NCBI GenBank assembly: GCA_965368975.1
Contig: CBDUPA010000003.1
Coordinates: 32,001-96,000, forward strand
DNA: 64,000 bases
DNA from: an uncultured bacterium
GTDB lineage: Bacteria; Acidobacteriota; Thermoanaerobaculia; Multivoradales; JAHZIX01
Direction: 5' to 3'
Shown here: positions 18,635-26,411 of the stretch, in pieces
How the letters are laid out: the number at the start of each line of letters is the position of its first letter
How positions within the stretch are numbered: the stretch's first letter is position 1
The notes under the pieces: generated by a model
Seen by the model: only the letters and a program-made list of their open reading frames with translations
What the model was told of the DNA's origin: nothing
Databases searched by the model: none
Position numbers and translations under genes: made by a program

Positions 18635-20091
18635 GCTTCGCTCTCCCAGTTCACCACCGCCGGGGCGCCCCGATTCTGCACCGAGACTGTGCCTGCGGCG
18701 GCACCTGTGCCTCTTGCCGGCGCAAGAAGCGTCTGCAGCGTGAAGCTGCCGGCGCTGCAGCTCTTGGTCCGGCGAGTGCGGCTCCCACCACCGGCCTGGC
18801 GCCGCCCGAGGTGCATCGCGAGCTGGTTCGTTCAGGGGAACCGCTGCCGGAGCCCGTCCGCACCAGCATGGAAGCGCGTTTTCGGCACGATCTGAGTCAC
18901 GTGCGCATCCATGCCGACCGCCGCGCCGGCGATTCAGCGGCGGCGGTGGCAGCCAACGCCTACACGGTTGGCCGTCACATCGTCTTCGCCGCTGGCCACT
19001 ACGCACCGCACAGCGCTGAAGGGCGCCAGCTCCTGGCGCACGAGCTGACCCATGTGTTGCAGCAGGTTCCGACGCCGGCAGATCATGGAGACGTGACCGG
19101 GGGCCGCTTGCCGATCGCTGATGATTCCAGTGCTGAAGAGCACGAAGCCCGCCGTACCGCAGCACGGTTGGGTCGTGGTTCTGGTCGGTCGGTGGGTCCT
19201 CGCTTGCAGCGTCAGAGTGGTCTGCACTTTCGTTACAACGAGGATGGCAGCTTCGAGATCTTCGGACAGGCACCCGGTGCGGTCAAGCTCGGGGCTGGTT
19301 TTCGCTGTAAGGGGGGGCGCTGCACGCCTGTCGGCGGTTGGAATCCGGGAGGGGGTGGTGGTACCTACAGCGTCGAGGATGCGAAGAGAAAGTTGCTGAA
19401 CTTTGGCAAGGGTTCTGGCGGCAGTGGTGCTCAGCCTGGGCCCGTGGGGCCCGTAGGCCCTGGCCCGGGTACCGGGCTGCCGCCGGGTTTTCAACTGTGC
19501 CTGCCCCCCAAGGTCCGGGACGGCATCGATTGCGTCACCACCAGCGAGTGGCTCCGGCGTCGCGGCCATCTAGCCAAGCAGGGACCCGCAGTGCAGCCTC
19601 CAGGGGTGCAACCGCCGGGGTCGTCGCAGCAGCCGGCGTTCCCGGGAACCTTGGGTCCACTGACGCTCGGTCTCGGTTCGGCGAGCCTGGATGGATTCGA
19701 CTTCAACAAGGCGGAGCTCAAACCGCACCATCACAAAATTCTCAAAGGGTTGGCCTTGACGCTCAAGGGCTTGCTCCGGATCAACCCGATCTCGCTGGTA
19801 CAGATTGTCGGCCACACGGATGCACCGGGCAAGCCCGGCTACAACGAGACACTGGGTACCCAGCGCGCGGAAGCAGTGAAGGTGCAGCTGGTCAAGCTCG
19901 GCGTTCCGGAGGGTGCCATCCTGACGCTCAGTTCGGGCGAGGATGAGCTGCGTGTCGACACCAAGAAGAAAGAACCGAAGAACCGCCGCGTCGAGATCGA
20001 GTTTGTGCGCCGCACGGGGCGCTTCAACCTGCCGAAGCTGAAGAGGCCCTCGATTCTCGGGCCCAGTGGCGGCTTTGGAGGACAGCCATGA
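18631..20091 (+). CDS. DUF4157 protein with CxCGGxCxxC motif and C-terminal OmpA-like domain
   Basis: Start reassigned to GTG 18631 (GTGA overlap, AGGAGG). CACGGTCASC; LLAHELTHVLQQ; VGHTDAPG...RAEAVK...NRRVEI. Confidence 0.88.
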   Translation: MSFALPVHHRRGAPILHRDCACGGTCASCRRKKRLQREAAGAAALGPASAAPTTGLAPPEVHRELVRSGEPLPEPVRTSMEARFRHDLSHVRIHADRRAGDSAAAVAANAYTVGRHIVFAAGHYAPHSAEGRQLLAHELTHVLQQVPTPADHGDVTGGRLPIADDSSAEEHEARRTAARLGRGSGRSVGPRLQRQSGLHFRYNEDGSFEIFGQAPGAVKLGAGFRCKGGRCTPVGGWNPGGGGGTYSVEDAKRKLLNFGKGSGGSGAQPGPVGPVGPGPGTGLPPGFQLCLPPKVRDGIDCVTTSEWLRRRGHLAKQGPAVQPPGVQPPGSSQQPAFPGTLGPLTLGLGSASLDGFDFNKAELKPHHHKILKGLALTLKGLLRINPISLVQIVGHTDAPGKPGYNETLGTQRAEAVKVQLVKLGVPEGAILTLSSGEDELRVDTKKKEPKNRRVEIEFVRRTGRFNLPKLKRPSILGPSGGFGGQP

Positions 20092-20759
20092 GTGCCACGA
20101 CCTACCCCCGTTCCCCGCGCTTGCTGCGTGGTGGCTTCGTGTTACTGAGCGCCACCACGGGCGATCTGCAGCGGGTGATCCCGCTGCAGTACAACCCCGA
20201 GAGCCTGCGCCGTAGCTTCCAGGTCAAGAGTGTTGGCGGTGGAGAAGGCGGTGGAAACACCTCGGATGCCCTGCGTCTCACCGGGCCGCCGGTCGAGAGC
20301 TACCAGGTCGAGGCCGAGCTGGACGCCGCCGATGCCCTGGAGGTGGGCAGCAAGACGGCTGGGCAGTACGGCCTACAACCGCAGCTGGCGGCGCTCGAGA
20401 CGCTGATCTATCCGACCGTCGAGCAGCTGCGCCACAACCACCAGCTGGCCGCTGCTGGCACGCTCGAGATCGTGCCCATGCAGGGGCCGTTGACGCTCTT
20501 CGTCTGGAGTCGCACGCGCGTGCTGCCGGTGCGTGTCACCGAGCTGTCGATCCAGGAGAAGGCCTACGACCCCAACCTCAATCCGATCCGCGCCACCGTA
20601 AGTCTGGGTCTGCGCGTGCTGTCGATGGACGATCTGGGCTTCGCACACAAGGGCGGCACCCTGTTCCTGGCCTACCAGCAGTTGAAAGAAAGCCTGTCCG
20701 CGAAGGGTAGCGCCAACAGCAGTTCCCTGGCCTCGCTCGGCTTGGAGGCGGCGCCATGA
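20088..20759 (+). CDS. CIS tube-initiator-like protein (Afp7 N-terminal-like)
   Basis: IPLQYNPESLRRS, PLTLFVW...LPVRVTELSIQEKAYDPNLNPIRATVSLGL; precedes the LysM-like gene. Confidence 0.7.
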   Translation: MSATTYPRSPRLLRGGFVLLSATTGDLQRVIPLQYNPESLRRSFQVKSVGGGEGGGNTSDALRLTGPPVESYQVEAELDAADALEVGSKTAGQYGLQPQLAALETLIYPTVEQLRHNHQLAAAGTLEIVPMQGPLTLFVWSRTRVLPVRVTELSIQEKAYDPNLNPIRATVSLGLRVLSMDDLGFAHKGGTLFLAYQQLKESLSAKGSANSSSLASLGLEAAP

Positions 20760-20808
20760 CGGACACCGGAGTCCTAGAGGAAACGACAGCGCGAGAGGAG
20801 ACGACGCG

Positions 20809-21243
20809 ATGAACGACCCGCTCAAGCAGTTACTGGCCCCGACCCACGAGGATCGGGCGGTCGATTTTCCACCCAACAGCCGCTACCACGGAGCCGCTAT
20901 CGCGGAGCTGCAAGTAGCTGAAGTGCCGTCCTCCGATGCTGCCCCCCTGGGGGACTCTGCCACAAGCAGCTCCGTCACCAAGGAGCCCCGGCACGTGCGC
21001 TATCTACGCCGCCGCTTCGTACCGCAGCCGGAGAGTTTCGCGACCCTGGGCGAGCACACGGTGGTGCAAGGCGAGCGGCCGGATCACGTGGCGGCGGCGG
21101 AGCTGGGAGACTCAGAGCTGTACTGGCGACTGTGCGACGCCAACGGCGTGCTGCACCCGGCGGAGTTGACCACCGAGACGGCGCGCCGGCTGCGCGTGAC
21201 GCTGCCCGAGGGCATGCCGGCACCGGCGGTGGGGGAGGAGTGA
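20809..21243 (+). CDS. LysM-like baseplate protein
   Basis: FPPNSRY...YLRRRFVP...HTVVQGERPDHVAAAELGDSELYWRLCDAN. Confidence 0.8.
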   Translation: MNDPLKQLLAPTHEDRAVDFPPNSRYHGAAIAELQVAEVPSSDAAPLGDSATSSSVTKEPRHVRYLRRRFVPQPESFATLGEHTVVQGERPDHVAAAELGDSELYWRLCDANGVLHPAELTTETARRLRVTLPEGMPAPAVGEE

Positions 21244-21247
21244 GGCG

Positions 21248-22375
21248 ATGATGGCGCAGGGCATCACGCTCAGCTTGATGATCGGGCCGGCGGTGCCGAT
21301 TCCGGTGGGGCGTGACGTGCTCGAAGCGTTGGAGACGGTGACTGTGACGTCGCCGACCGAGGGGCCATCGGGCTTCCAGCTGACCTTCAAGCTCGACAAG
21401 CGCTCACCGCTGCACACCATCTTCCTGCTCACCGCCGGCAATCCGATCCCGCTGCTGCGCGTGGTGATCGCAGTGACGGTACGCGGGCAGTCGCAGGTGC
21501 TGATCGACGGCGTGATGACGGAGCACCAGGTGAGCGGCGGGGAAGACGGCCGGCCTCGGCTGACTGTCACCGGCGAGGACTTGAGCCGGGTCATGGACTA
21601 CATCGACTTCAGCGGCATCCCGTACCCGGGCATGCCGGACTTCGCGCGCGTGCTGCTGATCCTGGCCAAGTACGCGGGCTTCGGTGTCATCCCGAAGGTC
21701 ATTCCGAGCGTGCTCAGTGACCTACCGATTCCGGTCGAGCGCATCCCCAAGCATCGCGGCACCGACCTGCGCTACGTACGCTGCCTGGCGTCCGAGGCGG
21801 GCTATGCCTTCTACCTCGAACCGGGGCCGGCGCCGGGGACCTCCTTCGCCTATTGGGGGCCGCTGATCAAGGTCGGCGTGCCGCAGCCAGCGCTCAATGT
21901 CGACATGGACGCGCACACCAACGTGCGCTCACTCAACTTCCGCTTCGACTCGCAGGCGCGCGAGCTACCGGTGCTCTACATCCACAACAAGCAGACCAAG
22001 GCGCCGATCCCGATCCCGATTCCCGACATCACGCCGCTCAACCCGCCGCTTGGCGCGGTGGCGCCGATCCCGCACAAGCTGCGCTCGATCGACGGCACCG
22101 GCAAGTTGTCGCCGGTGCGCGCCGCGGCGGTCGGCCTGGCCAAGGCGGCTCGCTCCACCGACGCGCTGTTCGGCAGCGGCAGTCTCGACGTGCTGCGCTA
22201 CGGCCGCGTGCTCAAGCCGAGGCAACTGGTCGGCGTGCGCGGCGCTGGTGCCGCCTTCGACGGACTGCACTATGTCGACAAGGTCACCCACGAGCTGCAA
22301 CGCGGCAGCTACACGCAGAGTTTCGAATTGCGCCGCAACGGCATCCTGCCGACGGTACCGAAGGTGCCCGTCTGA
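21248..22375 (+). CDS. Baseplate hub protein (gp27/late control D-like)
   Basis: LTVTGEDLS, GTDLRYV, LDVLRYGRVL...VGVRGAG..FDGLHYVDKVTH. Confidence 0.75.
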   Translation: MMAQGITLSLMIGPAVPIPVGRDVLEALETVTVTSPTEGPSGFQLTFKLDKRSPLHTIFLLTAGNPIPLLRVVIAVTVRGQSQVLIDGVMTEHQVSGGEDGRPRLTVTGEDLSRVMDYIDFSGIPYPGMPDFARVLLILAKYAGFGVIPKVIPSVLSDLPIPVERIPKHRGTDLRYVRCLASEAGYAFYLEPGPAPGTSFAYWGPLIKVGVPQPALNVDMDAHTNVRSLNFRFDSQARELPVLYIHNKQTKAPIPIPIPDITPLNPPLGAVAPIPHKLRSIDGTGKLSPVRAAAVGLAKAARSTDALFGSGSLDVLRYGRVLKPRQLVGVRGAGAAFDGLHYVDKVTHELQRGSYTQSFELRRNGILPTVPKVPV

Positions 22376-22453
22376 AGCGGTATCTACCAAAGATGAATGC
22401 GGAGATCAGAATTCACGCGCACGCGGCGAAAGCCTAAGCGGAGGACATCGAAG

Positions 22454-23026
22454 ATGGACAACAGTTTCAGCGCCGTAGCTGGCAGGGTCGCTCGCCGCTC
22501 CGAGACGGACGACGGCAGCGAGTGCCAGCGTTACTTCGGCAAGTACCGTGGCACCGTGATCCAGAACATCGACCCGCTGCAGGAGGGCCGCATCCAGGTC
22601 ATCGTGCCCGACGTCGACGGCCTGGTGCCGGGTACCTGGGCCATGCCTTGTCTGCCCTCGGGCATGCAGAATGGCTTCTTCACGGTGCCGCCGATCGGGG
22701 CCGGCGTGTGGGTCGAATTCGAGCAGGGCGACCCCGACTATCCGATCTGGGTCGGCGGCTTCTGGGGCAGCAAAGCCGAGGTACCGGCTATGGCGACGCT
22801 GATTCCGCCTGGCATCCCGGGCGTTGCCATGCAGACCACTGGTCAGAACGGCTTGGTGATCAACGACGCCCCCGGCCCGACCGGCGGCTTGTTGCTCAAG
22901 TCCACCACCGGCGCCTCGATCAGCGTCAACGACACCGGCATCATCATCCAGAACGGCAAGGGCGCCATCATCACGCTGCAAGGGCCCTCGGTGACGATCA
23001 ACGCGGGCGCCCTGGTCATCACCTGA
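22454..23026 (+). CDS. Spike/baseplate assembly protein V (gp5 OB-fold, short beta-helix)
   Basis: YFGKYRGTV..NIDPLQEGRIQVIVP, WAMPC, GVWVEFEQGDPDYPIWVG. Start ATG 22454 after GGAGGA. Confidence 0.9.
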   Translation: MDNSFSAVAGRVARRSETDDGSECQRYFGKYRGTVIQNIDPLQEGRIQVIVPDVDGLVPGTWAMPCLPSGMQNGFFTVPPIGAGVWVEFEQGDPDYPIWVGGFWGSKAEVPAMATLIPPGIPGVAMQTTGQNGLVINDAPGPTGGLLLKSTTGASISVNDTGIIIQNGKGAIITLQGPSVTINAGALVIT

Positions 23027-23063
23027 GATTGCTGTTGGTCGGTAGTCACGAGAGGAGGCAAGC

Positions 23064-23387
23064 ATGCCGGGATTTCTGCTCCATCAACAAGCGCAAGTAC
23101 TGTGCAGCCACGCCGGCCAGGCGACGCCGATGCTGGTGCAGCCACGGGTCAAGGTGATGGGCATGTCGGTGGCCCTCCAGGGCGCACCCTGGACCGTCGC
23201 CGGCTGCACCTTGCCGCCGCCGCCGGCCGCCAACGGTCCCTGTGTCACGGCCGTGCACTCGACCGCGGCGCTACGCGTCACGAGTTTCGGCATCGCCGTG
23301 CTGCTGTTCGACAGCCAGGCCACCTGCGCCCCGACCGGCACGCCGCTGCTGCCGCCGATCACCCAGACGCGCGTGACGGGAATGTGA
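23064..23387 (+). CDS. PAAR-like spike tip protein
   Basis: Small Cys/His/Pro-rich protein (VLCSHAG...GC...PC...C) immediately after the spike gene. Confidence 0.7.
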   Translation: MPGFLLHQQAQVLCSHAGQATPMLVQPRVKVMGMSVALQGAPWTVAGCTLPPPPAANGPCVTAVHSTAALRVTSFGIAVLLFDSQATCAPTGTPLLPPITQTRVTGM

Positions 23388-23394
23388 GTCCGTG

Positions 23395-23769
23395 ATGGCG
23401 ACGCATCTGGCCTTTCCCTACCGCATCGACGCGCGTGGTCGCACGGCCGCCGCCGACGTCGACGCGCACGTGCGCAGCTTGATCGAGCAGCTGCTGCTCA
23501 CCGCCCCCGGCGAGCGGGTGCACCGCCCTGACTTCGGGAGCGGCCTGCGCCAGATGGTGTTCTCGCCCAACAGCCCCGAGGTCGCGGCGACGCTGCAGTT
23601 CACCGTGCAGGCGGCGCTGGAGCGCTATCTGGGCGCGCGCATCGAGACACAGGAGGTCGAGGTCGAGGCCGATGAGGCGACGCTGCGGGTGCACGTGCGC
23701 TATCGCCGACGTCCGTCCGGAGACGGGGCGGGAGGAGACGGAGCGGTGACCGTCGAGGTGGGGAACTAG
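23395..23769 (+). CDS. gp25/GPW baseplate wedge protein (Afp9-like)
   Basis: AFPYRID, IEQLLLTAPGERVHRPDFGSGL. Confidence 0.9.
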   Translation: MATHLAFPYRIDARGRTAAADVDAHVRSLIEQLLLTAPGERVHRPDFGSGLRQMVFSPNSPEVAATLQFTVQAALERYLGARIETQEVEVEADEATLRVHVRYRRRPSGDGAGGDGAVTVEVGN

Positions 23770-23771
23770 CT

Positions 23772-26411
23772 ATGAGCAGCGCACCGGATCGCTATTGCTG
23801 CCGTGACGAAGAGCGCCGTGCCGCGGTAGCCGCCGATGGCAACCTGAACGGTATCGACTTCCTGGAGGTCGTCGACCAAGAAGTGCTCGCCGCCGGCGCC
23901 CCGGAGAGCCTGCGCCAGCGCCTGTTGCTCGTCGTCTTGCTGCGGCCGGTTCCCGCCGGCTTCGGTGCCGTCGGTCCGGACGCCCAGCCCGTGCGCTTGC
24001 AGGGAGGCGTGCGTCGGCGTGTCGGCATACGCTGGACGGCAGCGCTCAACGCCCTGCCGGCAGCAGTGCCGGACGTCGTGCTGGCCGAAGAACTGGATTT
24101 TCTGCAGAACGATCTCGTGCCGCCGGCCCCGGCGGGCCGGGTGCTGGTGGTGGCCACCGACTCGACGGGCGATCACTCGCCCTACACGCTGCGGCTGGTC
24201 GGTGCCGCCGACGATCTGCCGCTGGCCGGCTTCGACGGGCGCCTGTCCGAGGTCTGCTTCTCGTTCAAGGTCGAGTGCCCGAGTCCTCTGGACTGCTACG
24301 ACGACGATGGGTGTCCACCGCCGACGTTCGACAGCGACCTGGCTGAAGACTATCTAGCCAAGGACTACCCGAGCTTTCGGCGTCTGATGCTCGATCGCCT
24401 GCGCACGCTGGCGCCCGAGTGGAATGAACGCAACCCGGCCGACTTCGGCGTCACGCTGGTCGAGGCGCTGGCCTATGCCGCCGATCACCTGAGCTACTAC
24501 CAGGACGCCGCCGCGGCCACCGAGGCCTACCTCGGCACCGCGCGCCAGCGTATCTCGGTGCGGCGCCATGCCCGCCTGGTCGATTACTTCCTGGACGAAG
24601 GCGCCAACGCCCGCGCCTGGGTTCATGTGCGTGCCGACCAGGTGGTTGCGCTGCCGGCGTCGACCCAGCTGCTGCCAGCTGCTGCCGACGGCGAGCCTAC
24701 TGAAGTACAGGGCGCGGTGCTGGATAGCGGGGCGCTCCTACCGTCCGTGCTCGAGGCCACGATCGAAGCCGCGCCGGCCGTCTTCGAGACGCTGCACGCC
24801 GCGACCTTTGATCCGGGGCACAACGAGCTCCTGTTCTACAGCTGGAGCGATCGCGAATGTTGCCTGCCTGCCGGCTCGACCCGCGCGACGCTGGTCGGTG
24901 CGCGCCGGCCCGAGGGGGCGGTGCCGCCGTATGAGCCTGTCGCCCCATCACTCGCCGCTGGCGATTTCCTGCTCTTTGAAGAGGTGCTCGGTGCGCACAC
25001 CGGTGCCGCCGCTGACGCCGATCCCGGCCATCGCCACGTGGTGCGCCTGATCGAGGTCACCCCGGGCGTTGACCCGCTTAACGGCCAGCCGGTTTTGGAG
25101 ATCACCTGGCACGCCGAGGACGCGCTGCCGTTCCCGCTCTGCGTCTCGGCCTTCACCGACGCCGAGCACGGCGCCCGCTACGTCGAGGACGTCAGCGTGG
25201 CGCGCGGCAACCTGGTGCTGAGCGACCATGGTCGCAGCGTCGAGGACGAAGTCGTCGGTCCCGTCCCGAGCGCTGCCGACGCCCCGGCCGTCCTGCACGA
25301 CTGGCCCTTCCGGCCGAGGCTCGAGCATGGACCGCTGACCCACGCGGCGCCTATACCCGACGGTTTCCCGCACGCGGGAGCTGGCGCTGGGGTCAGTGCC
25401 GCGCAGCTGTTCTCGAGCCATCCGCAGGCCGAGCCCTTGCTGGCGCTGGTTGAAGAGGGTAGCGGTGATCCCTGGACATCGCGCCGCGACCTGCTCGCCG
25501 CGGGTCGCTTCGACCGCGCCGTGGTGGCTGAGATCGAGGATCCAGAAGGCGGTGTGGAGGTGGGTGGTGGTCGCGCGCGTCTGCGCTTCGGGGATGGCGA
25601 GCATGGCCAGCGGCCACGCCGTGGGCTCGCCTGGCGGGCCAGCTACCGCGTGGGGCAGGGGCCGCAAGGCAACCTCGGTGCCGAGGCCCTGGTCCGCGTG
25701 GCCACCAACCAGCCGGGCATCGCGGCGGTGCGCAACCCGCTGCCGGCCACTGGCGGCCGCGCGCCGGAACGCAAGCTCGAAGCGCGGCGCAAGGCCCCCT
25801 ATGCTTTCCGTGTGCAACAGCGGGCGGTCACCGCCGACGATTACGCGCGCATGGCCGAACGCCATCCCGACGTGGCGCGCGCCGCCTCGACCTTCCGCTG
25901 GACCGGCAGCTGGTACACCGTCTTCGTCAGCGTCGACCGCCACGGCGGCCGGTCGGTCGACGCTGACTTCCGCGACCAGCTGCGCGCTCACCTCGAGCCC
26001 TTCCGCCTGGTCGGGCACGACCTGGAAGTCGACGCACCGCGCTTCGTGCCGCTGCTACTGCGCCTCTTCGTCTGCTTGCGCTCCGGTTACCAGCGCAGCG
26101 ATGTGGCGCGCGAGCTGCACCGCGTGCTTGGACGCTCTCGCTTCGCCGATGGCCGGCGTGGTTTCTTCCACCCCGACCGCTGGACCTTCGGCCAGGATGT
26201 CCACCTGAGCCCGATTCTCGCCGCTGCTGCCGCGGTCGACGGTGTTGCCTCGGTCGAGCCGCGCGCCTTCCGGCGCCTCGACCGCCGCGCCGATCAGGAA
26301 CTCGAGCTCGGCGTGCTGCCCGTGTCGCGGCTAGAGATCGCGCGCCTCGATCATGACCCCAACTTCCAGGAGTACGGACGCCTGGAGCTGAGCTTCGGAG
26401 GTTCGCGATGA
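23772..26411 (+). CDS. Baseplate J-like protein 1 (Afp11-like)
   Basis: NGIDFLEV, DYLAKDYPSFRRLMLD, YLGTARQRISVRRHARLVDY, RFGDGEHG, RAVTADDY. Confidence 0.9.
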   Translation: MSSAPDRYCCRDEERRAAVAADGNLNGIDFLEVVDQEVLAAGAPESLRQRLLLVVLLRPVPAGFGAVGPDAQPVRLQGGVRRRVGIRWTAALNALPAAVPDVVLAEELDFLQNDLVPPAPAGRVLVVATDSTGDHSPYTLRLVGAADDLPLAGFDGRLSEVCFSFKVECPSPLDCYDDDGCPPPTFDSDLAEDYLAKDYPSFRRLMLDRLRTLAPEWNERNPADFGVTLVEALAYAADHLSYYQDAAAATEAYLGTARQRISVRRHARLVDYFLDEGANARAWVHVRADQVVALPASTQLLPAAADGEPTEVQGAVLDSGALLPSVLEATIEAAPAVFETLHAATFDPGHNELLFYSWSDRECCLPAGSTRATLVGARRPEGAVPPYEPVAPSLAAGDFLLFEEVLGAHTGAAADADPGHRHVVRLIEVTPGVDPLNGQPVLEITWHAEDALPFPLCVSAFTDAEHGARYVEDVSVARGNLVLSDHGRSVEDEVVGPVPSAADAPAVLHDWPFRPRLEHGPLTHAAPIPDGFPHAGAGAGVSAAQLFSSHPQAEPLLALVEEGSGDPWTSRRDLLAAGRFDRAVVAEIEDPEGGVEVGGGRARLRFGDGEHGQRPRRGLAWRASYRVGQGPQGNLGAEALVRVATNQPGIAAVRNPLPATGGRAPERKLEARRKAPYAFRVQQRAVTADDYARMAERHPDVARAASTFRWTGSWYTVFVSVDRHGGRSVDADFRDQLRAHLEPFRLVGHDLEVDAPRFVPLLLRLFVCLRSGYQRSDVARELHRVLGRSRFADGRRGFFHPDRWTFGQDVHLSPILAAAAAVDGVASVEPRAFRRLDRRADQELELGVLPVSRLEIARLDHDPNFQEYGRLELSFGGSR

